This document shows positions 27,952 through 36,738 of a stretch of DNA of 41,998 nt, piece by piece (the first letter of the stretch is position 1; the number at the start of each line of letters is the position of its first letter). The position numbers and the translations under genes are program-made. Origin of the DNA: Armatimonadota bacterium (GTDB lineage: Bacteria > Armatimonadota > Zipacnadia > Zipacnadales > UBA5352). The stretch covers positions 1-41,998 of the forward strand of contig JBKHFA010000003.1 in assembly GCA_046540615.1 (NCBI GenBank), written 5' to 3'. The notes under the pieces are model-generated. The model was given only the letters and a program-made list of their open reading frames with translations. It was not told the DNA's origin and ran no database searches.

Positions 27952-29101
27952 GATGGAGCCGACAACTCGCGTGGTGGTCGATCCTGACGCCCTCAGACAC
28001 AACACCGCGGCCGTGCGCGAGAGAGCGGATGAGAAGGCGCGGCTGATGGCTGTGGTGAAGGGCGACGCCTACGGACACGGGCTGGTGGAGGCGGCGCGCG
28101 TGTTCGTCGAAGCTGGCGCGACGTGGCTGGGCGTGAGTTCGGTCGCGGAGGGCGTAGCGCTGCGGGAAGCGGGCATCGGCGCGCCGATCCTCAACTTCAT
28201 GCCCGCCGCGCCGGGCGAGTGCCAGGCGCTCGTCGAGGCGCGACTGACGGCGACGGTGGCTCGCTCAGAGCACGTGGCGTGGTTGCACGACGCGCAGCAG
28301 GCCCTCGGGATGACTGCAAGCGCGCATGTCTTCGTGGACACCGGCCTTGCTCGCATGCCCTCGGACGACCGCGCCATCGACGTGATCGACATGGCGAGCG
28401 GGCTCGGCGTGAAGATCACCGGCCTTTACACGCACTACGGGCCGCCCGGCTCAGGTGCGATGGTGGACGGGCTCGATCTCTTCAAGTCGGGCGTCTCGGC
28501 GCGGATGTTCGGCGCGCTGGCGGAGGACCTGCGCACATCGGCCGACCGGCGTGATCTCATCATTCACTGCGCGGCGAGTCGGCTTCTGCTGGAGGAGCCT
28601 GAGACGCATCTTGAGATGGTGCGTGTGGGCACGCTGCTCTACGGTCAGTACCCGGCGCACATGAAGACGCGTGATCTCGATCTCCGGGAAACCTTCGAAC
28701 TGCGCAGTCGGATCGTACATATCGGGACCGTCGGCATCGGCGGGAAGATCGGCTACGGCGGCGACTTCCGCACGCGTCGCGAGACATTGCTGGCCACGGT
28801 GCCGGTGGGGTACTCGCACGGCCTGGGCATGCTGCCGCTGAGCGTGGCGCAGCGCCCGCAGACCGCGGTCAAGGGCTTTCTGTCGGGAATCTGGGGAGCG
28901 TGGGGGAGAGAGAAGCATCTCCCGACCGTGCGCATCCGCGGGGAACAGGCGCCGATCATCGGCCGGATCGCGATGGATCACTGCACCGTCGATGTGACCG
29001 ACCTGCCGGAAGTTGAACTCGGGGATGACGTGGTGCTGCCGGTGCGTCGAACCGCGGTGAGTCCTGACGTCCCGCGGGTTTACCATCCGCTCGGGGAGTG
29101 A
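27944..29101 (+). CDS. alr: Alanine racemase-family PLP enzyme (atypical)
   Basis: AVVKGDAYGHG with the PLP lysine, VDTG, MVRVG..LYG, IGYG with the catalytic Tyr, IGRIAMD. Confidence 0.88.
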   Translation: MSEMEPTTRVVVDPDALRHNTAAVRERADEKARLMAVVKGDAYGHGLVEAARVFVEAGATWLGVSSVAEGVALREAGIGAPILNFMPAAPGECQALVEARLTATVARSEHVAWLHDAQQALGMTASAHVFVDTGLARMPSDDRAIDVIDMASGLGVKITGLYTHYGPPGSGAMVDGLDLFKSGVSARMFGALAEDLRTSADRRDLIIHCAASRLLLEEPETHLEMVRVGTLLYGQYPAHMKTRDLDLRETFELRSRIVHIGTVGIGGKIGYGGDFRTRRETLLATVPVGYSHGLGMLPLSVAQRPQTAVKGFLSGIWGAWGREKHLPTVRIRGEQAPIIGRIAMDHCTVDVTDLPEVELGDDVVLPVRRTAVSPDVPRVYHPLGE

Positions 29102-29150
29102 TCGGCGAAGCGCATGCCGGTCTCGCTCGTCCACGAAAGGCAGGATCAAA

Positions 29151-29945
29151 GTGGCAGTCATTGCGACGGTCATCGGGGTGATACTGCTGGCGGCAGCCTG
29201 GCGCGCCGGGCCGTGGCTGGCGGCGCATGACCGGCGCTGCTGGATGACTGCGGTCGCGTGTCTGTCAGTCACAGGCGCCTGGTTCGCAGGCTACGAACTC
29301 ACACAAGTTGCTTTGCAGTTGATTCCGTGGGATGACGCGATCTTCTTCGAGCGCCTCCCGCTCTACGTAGCGATCGTGCTGCTGCTGTCGATCTCTCTTC
29401 CGAGGCTCGACCGCAGGGTGATGCGGGTGGCGGTGGCGACAATTGGCGCGATCTTCTCGCTCTACGCGGTGGCGGAGGTCGCCGCACCGCTTCCGCTGCC
29501 GCTCTTCGCTGACCAGCTTTCCGCGCAGACTGAGGGGCCGGCCGAGGTAACGCAATCAACCGGATGGTCATGCGGGGCCGCGGCCCTCGCGTGGACCGTC
29601 CGCCTGCACGGCATACCTGCTTCAGAGCGTCAGATGGCCAGGCTTGCGGTGACGGCGCCACTGCGCGGGACGAGCACCCGGGGAATGCTCCGCGCGCTCC
29701 ATCGGGTGGGGCTGAGGGCCCATGCGGTTAAGCCCGCCACGTGGGCGGAGATCGCCGACGCGTCAAAGCCCGCGATCATCGGCTGGAAACTCAGCGCCAG
29801 TGTCGCGCATTCCGTGCTGCTGCTTGGCATTGACGAGGATGAGGTCATCATCGGCGACCCGCTATCCGGTCAGATTACCTACTCGAAGCAGGACTTCCTC
29901 GACCGCTGGATGCGCGACCTGATCGTCGTGAGACCGCCAGGTTAG
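29151..29945 (+). CDS. Membrane-anchored C39-family cysteine peptidase, no ABC domain
   Basis: About 4 N-terminal TMs, then QSTGWSCGAAAL (Q, C), AHSVLL (H), IGDP (D), FLDRW. Confidence 0.8.
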   Translation: MAVIATVIGVILLAAAWRAGPWLAAHDRRCWMTAVACLSVTGAWFAGYELTQVALQLIPWDDAIFFERLPLYVAIVLLLSISLPRLDRRVMRVAVATIGAIFSLYAVAEVAAPLPLPLFADQLSAQTEGPAEVTQSTGWSCGAAALAWTVRLHGIPASERQMARLAVTAPLRGTSTRGMLRALHRVGLRAHAVKPATWAEIADASKPAIIGWKLSASVAHSVLLLGIDEDEVIIGDPLSGQITYSKQDFLDRWMRDLIVVRPPG

Positions 29946-29982
29946 CATCGCCGGGCGCTCCGCCGCTGCTCTGTCACCCGTC

Positions 29983-31881
29983 TCAGCGCGCCTGATCGTC
30001 CTCCCACGCCAGATCCGGCCTCGGCCGCCAGTCCACGTCGAACCAGCCGCCGAAGACGTTCGCCTCGGTGTCGCCGACGCTGAAGCGTGTGCTGTCGAAG
30101 ATCAGGAAGTCCGGCAGCATGTCGTGCTTGTGATTGATGTCCAACTTTCGCCCGTAGAGTTCGCCGGAGTATACCAGCACGTAGCGATCAGGCTGGTCGG
30201 GATTCGGGTAGCACAGCACGAGGCCGAGGTGCTGGCCCTCGAACGTCTCGCCCAGCACAGTGTACGCGTGATCGCCGATCTCGACCGGCAGCCGATCGGC
30301 GATGCGCGCGAGCACCGAGTTCGTCTCCGGCGTGCCGAAAAGGACGAGATTCATCCGCTCCTGCTGCTCGGGCGTCAGTTCGCTGTCCATGCAGACGCGC
30401 GGCCTGCCGTCCGCGAAAGCGTCCCACTCATCAAGCCACGTCGCGACCTTCTCCGCGAGCTTAAGGTTCTGCTCGTCGGTTCCGGCCGTGCCCTGCACGA
30501 CGATGAACGGTGAGTTGAAGACGTCCTCGGCCGGCCCGCACAGGCCCCGGCGCTTCGGTGGCGGCCAGTCGCGATCCGCGGGCGCTTCAAGCTCAATCGT
30601 CATCGCGCCATCGGAGAGCTGGGGGTCACGCCGTTCGCCGTTGACGGTCACGCTGAACTGCGCGTCGGTCCTGAGCGGGCAGGTCGAGAGGTCGATCGTC
30701 AGCGCCGCCACGTTCTCGCATTCGATCCGGAGTTCGCGGCCGTCATCGCCGACCGTCGCATCCACCATCGCGGGGGTGCCCCAGCGGCTCAGACGATCGA
30801 TCGTCAGCCAGTGCGCGCGGTTGTATTGCAGCGAGAAGCAGCGGAAGGTCACTCGCTCGGGAGAGGCTTTCAGTGTGAAATCCTTCGTCCAACTCCACGC
30901 GTTCTCGTAGCACGGCGTGTCCCAGTAGATGTAATGCCCCTCGCCGGGGAACTCGTGGTATCTGACTGGAATGTCCAGCGCCTGAAGCTTCGCCACCATC
31001 GACCGCGACTCGATCGGCGGGATCAGGTTGTCAACCTCACCGTGCTGCGCGAAGAAGTGCTGGCCGCGGGCGTTCGGCGCCATCTCCTCGGGGTTGTCCC
31101 ACTCGACGAGGAAGCGTTTGAAGGCGGTCATCTCCTGCGGGTCCCAGCCCCACCAGCGGAACATATCCGTCTGACCGGAGATCGGCGTGGTGGCCGCGAA
31201 GACGCCGGGGTTGCGAAGGGCCATGTTCCACGCGCCCATCCCGCCCATCGAGACGCCCGAGAGGTAGATACGTGACGGGTCGATCTCGTAAAGTCGCCGG
31301 GTCTCCTCGATCGCCCGGGAGACGTCAACCTCGCCGACTCCCTGAAAGTCCGTGTTGCGCCGGCCGTAGGGAATGAGGAGGATGCACCCGTTTTCCTCCG
31401 CAATGTTGCACACGTCGTCGCTGAGGACCCACGGGTCCACCACGGTGATGCCTGGGACGTAGCCATGCAGGAAGACGATCAGCGGCCACTCCTGCTGTGG
31501 GTCATAGCCTTCGGGGATATGCACGTAGTAGGGCTGAACCGTCCCGTCGTTGCGGGCGATGTAGGCCAGTTCGCTCAGTTGGCTTTTCGGCGGAGAGTAG
31601 GTCTCACCGTCGCGGGCCATCTCGAGCAGTCGCATGCCTTCGACGATCTCGTCGGAGGCGTCGCCGCCCGCGTACGAGTCTCCGCCGCTGAGGAGGCGGG
31701 CTTTCTTGAGCTTGAGCCTGGCCAGCGGCAGGTTGACGTCACGCGCCTCACCCGGAGCCACCTCCGCCTCCGCGCGGCCGATGGCGTCCTCGAAGTCCTC
31801 GATGGTGGGCGGCGCCTGCGCGAGCGCACCAGAGAGGGGGCAGCCGATGACGAGCAATGCGGCGATGAGGGCGTGTCTCAC
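29983..31881 (-). CDS. Secreted alpha/beta-hydrolase (esterase/peptidase)
   Basis: Signal peptide after GTG 31881 (GGAGGAG SD); WPLIVFLHG, GVSMG nucleophile elbow, HGEVD, GEGH triad. Confidence 0.85.
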   Translation of the reverse strand: MRHALIAALLVIGCPLSGALAQAPPTIEDFEDAIGRAEAEVAPGEARDVNLPLARLKLKKARLLSGGDSYAGGDASDEIVEGMRLLEMARDGETYSPPKSQLSELAYIARNDGTVQPYYVHIPEGYDPQQEWPLIVFLHGYVPGITVVDPWVLSDDVCNIAEENGCILLIPYGRRNTDFQGVGEVDVSRAIEETRRLYEIDPSRIYLSGVSMGGMGAWNMALRNPGVFAATTPISGQTDMFRWWGWDPQEMTAFKRFLVEWDNPEEMAPNARGQHFFAQHGEVDNLIPPIESRSMVAKLQALDIPVRYHEFPGEGHYIYWDTPCYENAWSWTKDFTLKASPERVTFRCFSLQYNRAHWLTIDRLSRWGTPAMVDATVGDDGRELRIECENVAALTIDLSTCPLRTDAQFSVTVNGERRDPQLSDGAMTIELEAPADRDWPPPKRRGLCGPAEDVFNSPFIVVQGTAGTDEQNLKLAEKVATWLDEWDAFADGRPRVCMDSELTPEQQERMNLVLFGTPETNSVLARIADRLPVEIGDHAYTVLGETFEGQHLGLVLCYPNPDQPDRYVLVYSGELYGRKLDINHKHDMLPDFLIFDSTRFSVGDTEANVFGGWFDVDWRPRPDLAWEDDQAR

Positions 31882-31975
31882 GCGGATCTCCTCCGGAGCT
31901 TCCGTGCTGGCGGACCAGGCGCCTCGTGCGGGAGTGCCTTTCTGCGCCGCGTGACCGGGGACCTTCAGAATCGAT

Positions 31976-32015
31976 GACCCCGCCATCACAGACAGGGCAG
32001 TCTGGTGGCGGGGCC
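31976..32015 (-). terminator. GC-rich hairpin, candidate 3' end of the small-ORF transcript
   Basis: Minus strand GGCCCCGCCA-C-CAGAC...GTCTG-TGA-TGGCGGGGTC; no clear U-tract. Confidence 0.45.
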
Positions 32016-32102
32016 TGTAGCTTGAAAGACCGCATATCCGAGCTGAGGAGACTGACTGAGATTTTTTCGCCTCAGCAGGATGCGGTCACCGACAGCTATT
32101 GT

Positions 32103-32174
32103 TTAGCCGCCGACACCACACCCAATTGTCCTGGTCTCCTTCACCTCAACTATGCAGTCATGTCTATTGCCCAA
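32103..32174 (-). CDS. Putative 23-aa peptide MGNRHDCIVEVKETRTIGCGVGG (25 aa if started at ATG 32180)
   Basis: AGGAGGTGA SD 5 nt before TTG; TAA at 32103-32105; upstream promoter and downstream hairpins on the same strand. Confidence 0.55.
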   Translation of the reverse strand: MGNRHDCIVEVKETRTIGCGVGG

Positions 32175-32377
32175 CTGCATCACCTCCTGCGTGATTTGCG
32201 TCTTGTAGGGTGCGGGGCGGCGTCTGCCCCGTTGCAAAAACTGGCGGCCTTATGCCTGCCACCGAATCTTCTAACGCTGCACGCCTCTCGAAAGTTCGCG
32301 CAATCTCGCAGAGAATATCACCGGTGCCTTCGCGGTTGCGCAACTCTGTGCAGGTATGAGAGGCATATTTGCACGCA

Positions 32378-32406
32378 AGTATACCACCAGTCGGTTGAGT
32401 TGTGAA
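32378..32406 (-). promoter_or_regulatory. Sigma70-type promoter for the small-ORF transcript
   Basis: Minus strand TTCACA-N17-TATACT with extended -10 TG. Confidence 0.7.
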
Positions 32407-32441
32407 GAGGTCGCGCATGTTAAAGAACTGCAAATGCCGGA

Positions 32442-32790
32442 CTACGAGGCATCATCGTGGATGATCGGTCCCCGATAGGCGACGCTGCTTTGTACGCGCT
32501 GGTCGTGACGCTCCATCATCTTCTCGAAGAGCGCCTCGGGATCATCGTCCGCGGCAATCGCCGCACCGGTATCCTTGTTGATGACGCTGAGCAGTTCGGT
32601 AATGTGGTCGGCGATCCCGCCCGTCCCGGTGAGGGCTGCGATCAACCTGGCTTCATCGCAGGCGATGGCGAATTCACCGAACGTCCCGGAGCGCCGACCG
32701 AAGACGACGAATCTTACGCGCCTTTCCGAGCGCCTCCGGAGACAGGTCGCCGCCGGCCGACCCAACCACAGGGCGGCCCGGAGCTCAACA
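32442..32790 (-). pseudogene. Decayed SLOG/LOG-family (TIGR00725-like) gene with internal deletion and frameshifts
   Basis: N-terminal VVGSAGGDLSPEALGKARKI in one frame joins at ~32709 to VVFGRRSGTFGEFAIACDE..LIAALTGTGGIAD..DDDPEAL in another; the middle of the domain is absent. Confidence 0.7.
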
Positions 32791-33093
32791 TTCCCCGCAA
32801 AGATTGGCCGGGCCTGCCTGCTGATGTGGAGCGGATTTTTTCATTTCGGTGTTGAGGAGGAATACCGGATAGTTCGTGGAAATAAAAAACAATCCGTGTG
32901 GGATTGCAGTCAAGCGGGAACAATTGACTCGAGGTCGGTCTGCCAGAGACCTGCGGTCTGCTCCATGCAGTCGTGTGCGGGCGTGAGCGCATGGCTTTGC
33001 TACACGGTGTACGAGGTCTCGCTCGAAACGTTTTTTGCGAGGTTGTTACGGGCAATGGCCCGTTGAGTGATAGCCCTTGAAGGAGGACGTTTT

Positions 33094-33717
33094 ATGTCGA
33101 CGCAGAGACGAGGTTTTACGCTCATTGAGCTGCTGGTGGTGATCGCAATCATCGCGATCCTCGCCGCGATCCTGTTCCCCGTGTTCGCACGGGCCCGTGA
33201 GAAGGCCCGCCAGACGTCATGTCTTTCGAACCTGAAGCAGCTTGGACTTGGAATGCAGATGTATGCGCAGGATTACGACGAGAGATTCAACCTCAGCCAG
33301 TATCAACTGCCCGGATCCTGCCCGGGATGCTTCTACGGCTATGCCATCCTGCCGTACGTGAAGAACGAGCAGATCTTCGTATGTCCCAGCGACGATGAGC
33401 GGGACTGCGCGAAGTGGAACAGGGATGGCAACGCCTGGGACCTGACTGACGAATTCGCTCTCTCCTACAGCCAGAACAGCCACATCTGCAGCAGCTCACT
33501 GGCGTCGATTGAGTACCCTGCTGAAACCGGACTGCTGATGGACGGTGAAGGCGTGGCACGTGTTTACGAGGCTACCACCTGGAGCGCCCGCGACTACGGT
33601 ATCGACGAAGACCGCCACAACAGCGGCTTTAACGCCGTCATGGTTGATGGCCACGCGAAGTGGTATCCAGAAAACGACATGTGGACATTCAACCTCGACA
33701 ATGATCTCGACACCTGA
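33094..33717 (+). CDS. DUF1559 / prepilin-type N-terminal cleavage-methylation protein with H-X9-DG motif
   Basis: [42 protein letters not shown]; F.CPSD; [16 protein letters not shown]; AAGGAGG SD. Confidence 0.93.
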   Translation: MSTQRRGFTLIELLVVIAIIAILAAILFPVFARAREKARQTSCLSNLKQLGLGMQMYAQDYDERFNLSQYQLPGSCPGCFYGYAILPYVKNEQIFVCPSDDERDCAKWNRDGNAWDLTDEFALSYSQNSHICSSSLASIEYPAETGLLMDGEGVARVYEATTWSARDYGIDEDRHNSGFNAVMVDGHAKWYPENDMWTFNLDNDLDT

Positions 33718-33741
33718 TGGATGACTGCTGACAACTACCAT

Positions 33742-33769
33742 GGGGCGCCCCGCGGCGGCGGGGCGCCCC
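33742..33769 (+). terminator. Perfect 12-bp GC hairpin after the DUF1559 gene
   Basis: GGGGCGCCCCGC-GGCG-GCGGGGCGCCCC; no U-tract; a second inverted repeat follows at 33789-33813. Confidence 0.6.
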
Positions 33770-33862
33770 TGACGAACGTGTGTACTGTGCCTCCAGAGGC
33801 ATCTTCTGGAGGCGTGCAGACGTATGCTGCTCTGTGTTGCCGGCCGATCGCGAATCGTGCCC

Positions 33863-33891
33863 TTGACGCGGGCCCCGGCGTCTGATACAAT
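33863..33891 (+). promoter_or_regulatory. Sigma70-type promoter of the tRNA
   Basis: TTGACG-N17-TACAAT with extended -10 TG, 19 nt upstream of the tRNA. Confidence 0.8.
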
Positions 33892-33910
33892 CATTCCGCG
33901 AGAAACGGGT

Positions 33911-33985
33911 GGGGCAGTGGCGCAGTGGGAGCGCGTCTCCTTGGCATGGAGAAGGTCGCGGGTTCGACTCCCGCCTGCTCCACCA
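33911..33985 (+). tRNA. tRNA-Ala (anticodon GGC)
   Basis: Acceptor GGGGCAG/CTGCTCC with G3-U70; anticodon arm TCTCC-TTGGCAT-GGAGA; GGTTCGA T-loop; encoded CCA. Confidence 0.97.
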
Positions 33986-34000
33986 CTTCCGAATCTCGGG

Positions 34001-34031
34001 CGCGGGCAACTGTGATTGCCGGCGTTTTTTT
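34001..34031 (+). terminator. Intrinsic terminator after the tRNA
   Basis: CGC-G-GGCAA / TTGCC-G-GCG stem followed by T7. Confidence 0.65.
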
Positions 34032-34131
34032 CTTTAAGAAGGACCTCATGCGGGCTACGCGGAAAGACCGCACGTGTCCGAAGGAAGCAGACACCTCGGG
34101 GACGCGCCCGAGGGCAAGGAGGCACCGCGTC

Positions 34132-35385
34132 GTGGAGAATTGGCGAGAGATCGTGATCGAGGCCGCTGAGCAGGAGGCCTCTGACGTGTTCTGGAAGGCC
34201 GGCGCTCACCCACACGTTCGCATACAGGGGAAGGTTCAGCGCTGGGAGCATCACCCGGTTCTGTCCACTGATGACACCGAGGCGATCGCCGAGGAGCTTA
34301 TGACCGATCGCCAGGTTGAGCTTTTCGATGAGGTTCCCGAGCGCGATGTCGGTTTGACGGTTGGTGAAACGTGCCGGCTGCGTGTGAACATCTACAAGCA
34401 GCAGAACACGACCGGCCTGGTCATGAGGATAATCCCGCTGGATATTCTCACGATCGACGATCTTGAACTGCCCTCGGTATTGAAAGACATCGCGCTCAGT
34501 CCGCAGGGGGTTGTCCTCGTCACGGGCCCCACAGGCTCGGGGAAATCCACGACACTCGCCGCGATGATCGACCACATCAACGAGAAGAAGCGGGGCAACA
34601 TTGTCACCATCGAGGATCCGATCGAGTACGTGCATCCGGACAATAAGTGCATCGTGAATCAGCGCGAGGTCGGGATAGACACGCTGAACTTCTCCGACGC
34701 GATGAAGTACGTGGTGCGCCAGAGCCCGGACGTTATCCTCATCGGTGAGATGCGTGACGTCGAGACCATGAACGTCGCCATGCAGGCGGCGGAGACCGGT
34801 CACCTTGTTTTCTCAACCGTCCACACGTCCAGCGCGCCGGAGACGATGGAGCGGATCATCAACATGTTCCCGCCCCACCAGCGCGACATCATCTGCCTGC
34901 GGATGAGCAAGTCGTTGCGCGCGATCCTCTCCCAGGCGCTCATCCCACGGAAGGGCACGGATGGCCGAGTGGCGGCCATCGAGGTTCTCGTGGCGAACCC
35001 GACGGTGGCGAAGCTGATTGAGGAGGGCAAGCCGGGAGATACCTACCAGGTGATGCAGGAGGGCGGCTACTGGGGCATGCAGACGCGGAACCAGGCGCTG
35101 CTGCACCTCTACCGCGAGGAGAAGATCTCGGCGCGCGATGCCCTCTTCTATGCGGGGAACTACACCGAGATGCGCCAGATGCTGCGTCGTGTCAACGCCG
35201 CCGAGGCGGAGGAGGCCGCGCGCGAGCAGCCTGGGATCGGCGGAGCGCGGGGCGATGTGCCCGAGGCGCAGAGGGCTGCGTCAGAGACGACCGGGCGCAG
35301 CAAGCGGATGACGGAGAAGGACCGCCAGGAAGAGGCCCGGAAGGCCCGGCGCTCTTCCCGACGCGGCGGACGCACAAAGCAGTAG
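34132..35385 (+). CDS. PilT/PilU-family type IV pilus retraction ATPase (PilU-like copy)
   Basis: GPTGSGKST, TIEDPIE, ILIGEMRD, GHLVFSTVH, GMQT; lacks AIRNLIRE (has TVAKLIEE); AGGAGG SD before GTG 34132. Confidence 0.9.
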   Translation: MENWREIVIEAAEQEASDVFWKAGAHPHVRIQGKVQRWEHHPVLSTDDTEAIAEELMTDRQVELFDEVPERDVGLTVGETCRLRVNIYKQQNTTGLVMRIIPLDILTIDDLELPSVLKDIALSPQGVVLVTGPTGSGKSTTLAAMIDHINEKKRGNIVTIEDPIEYVHPDNKCIVNQREVGIDTLNFSDAMKYVVRQSPDVILIGEMRDVETMNVAMQAAETGHLVFSTVHTSSAPETMERIINMFPPHQRDIICLRMSKSLRAILSQALIPRKGTDGRVAAIEVLVANPTVAKLIEEGKPGDTYQVMQEGGYWGMQTRNQALLHLYREEKISARDALFYAGNYTEMRQMLRRVNAAEAEEAAREQPGIGGARGDVPEAQRAASETTGRSKRMTEKDRQEEARKARRSSRRGGRTKQ

Positions 35386-35473
35386 CGAATCCACGACCCC
35401 GGCGGTCCGCCGGGGTATGCTGAGGTCGTACAACCGACAGCCGTGCTACTCTCACGCTGGCGAGGGATAAACG

Positions 35474-36691
35474 ATGGCTGAGGACTTTGTGCGCAGAACC
35501 GTGAAGGCTCCGCCCGAACTGGTCGAGGCGACAGGCAGGACGATGGACGGTGACGTGGTCGAACTGCTGCTGCACGCGTGCGAGAAACTGGACGCATCAG
35601 ACCTTCATCTGTCGTTCGATGAGCCGCCGCTCTTCCGAATCAGCGGAAGGATGTACCGCGTCGAGGGCTACAAGAACCTCAGCCACGAGGACTGCATCGG
35701 CGCGACGAGTCATCTCATCGGTGAAGATGAGCCGACCAACAGGTACTGGCAGCAGTTCCACGAGACCGGGGGCGCGGACATCGCCGCCGAGATCGACACC
35801 GGTGCGCGTTTCCGTGTCAGCATTTTCCAGCAGAAGGGTCATCCGGCGATCGCCCTGCGGATGATTCCGAACGAGATCCTCACATTCGAGCAACTCGGCC
35901 TGCCGGTGGAGCACGTCAAGGAGCTGCTCCATCGGCCTCGTGGCATCATTCTGCTCACCGGTCCGACCGGTTGCGGGAAGACCACGACGATCGCATCGAT
36001 GATCGACTACATCAACCGCGAGCGGGACACGCATATCATCACCATCGAGGATCCGATCGAGTATTTCCACCACGGCAAGCGCTCCCTGCTCAATCAGCGC
36101 GAAGTCGGCGTTGATGTGTCGAGCTTCGCCGAGTCGGTCCGCCGGAACATGCGTTCCGACCCTGACGTGATGCTCGTCGGTGAGATGCGCGACCTCGAGA
36201 CCATGCGCGCATGCCTGCAGGCCGCTGAGACCGGTCACCTTGTGCTCTCGACCCTGCACACCGTCAGCGCGCCCAAGACTGTTGACCGGCTGGTCACCGG
36301 CTTTCCGTCCAACGAGCAGGAGGAGATCCGCGCGATGACCTCGACCTCCCTGCTGGCGGTCTTCTCCGAGGAGCTTATCCCGAAGAAGAGCGGTCGCGGG
36401 CGCATCGCGGCGTATGAGATCATGATCGGAGAGCCGGGCGGGTCGCCGGCGATCGGCAACCTCATCCGGGAGCGGAAGTCGTCGCAGATGCGCTCGACGA
36501 TTCAGAGTTCGAAGCACCTCGGCATGCAGTTGCTTGAGTCGAATCTGTCACGGCTGGTCCGAGAGGACGAGATCTCCTTCGAGGAAGCGTACAACCGCGC
36601 GAATCAGAAGGGCGATCTGCTCAACTTCCTCGATGACTACCCCATCCCCGAGGAGTACGTAGCGGCCGCGGAGCGGGACGACACCAGTTAG
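35474..36691 (+). CDS. pilT: Type IV pilus retraction ATPase PilT
   Basis: ASDLHL, GPTGCGKTT, TIEDPIE, VGEMRD, TGHLVLSTLH, AIGNLIRE, GMQL. Confidence 0.92.
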   Translation: MAEDFVRRTVKAPPELVEATGRTMDGDVVELLLHACEKLDASDLHLSFDEPPLFRISGRMYRVEGYKNLSHEDCIGATSHLIGEDEPTNRYWQQFHETGGADIAAEIDTGARFRVSIFQQKGHPAIALRMIPNEILTFEQLGLPVEHVKELLHRPRGIILLTGPTGCGKTTTIASMIDYINRERDTHIITIEDPIEYFHHGKRSLLNQREVGVDVSSFAESVRRNMRSDPDVMLVGEMRDLETMRACLQAAETGHLVLSTLHTVSAPKTVDRLVTGFPSNEQEEIRAMTSTSLLAVFSEELIPKKSGRGRIAAYEIMIGEPGGSPAIGNLIRERKSSQMRSTIQSSKHLGMQLLESNLSRLVREDEISFEEAYNRANQKGDLLNFLDDYPIPEEYVAAAERDDTS

Positions 36692-36738
36692 GCGCGTCGT
36701 CGTTGCCGGAAGCGCAGACCGCGTGAGGAGGATACTGA

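Noticed and set aside
32103-32174. Small peptide as a mycofactocin precursor (shared CGV)
   Set aside because: MftA requires the terminal IDGMCGVY; this peptide ends GCGVGG and no mft genes are present
31976-32372. tmRNA, RNase P RNA or SAM-I riboswitch
   Set aside because: No tRNA-like ends with a proper T-loop, no GAGGAAAGUCC, and only a partial GCAACC...GGTG resemblance without the SAM-I 5' core
31926-33066. ORF-track entries 31926-32405, 32164-32433, 32457-32855, 32575-33066 and 32714-33055
   Set aside because: No recognisable motifs; they overlap the promoter, structured RNA and pseudogene, which explain the region better
33911-33985. tRNA-Ala as an integration site for a genomic island
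   Set aside because: No integrase and no duplicate of the tRNA 3' end found by eye in the window
33925-34131. N-terminal extension of the first PilT-family ORF given in the ORF track
   Set aside because: It overlaps the tRNA and its terminator; the SD supports GTG 34132
35396-35416. Hairpin ACCCCGGCG/CGCCGGGGT between the two ATPase genes
   Set aside because: Real, but short with no U-tract; an ordinary intergenic stem-loop
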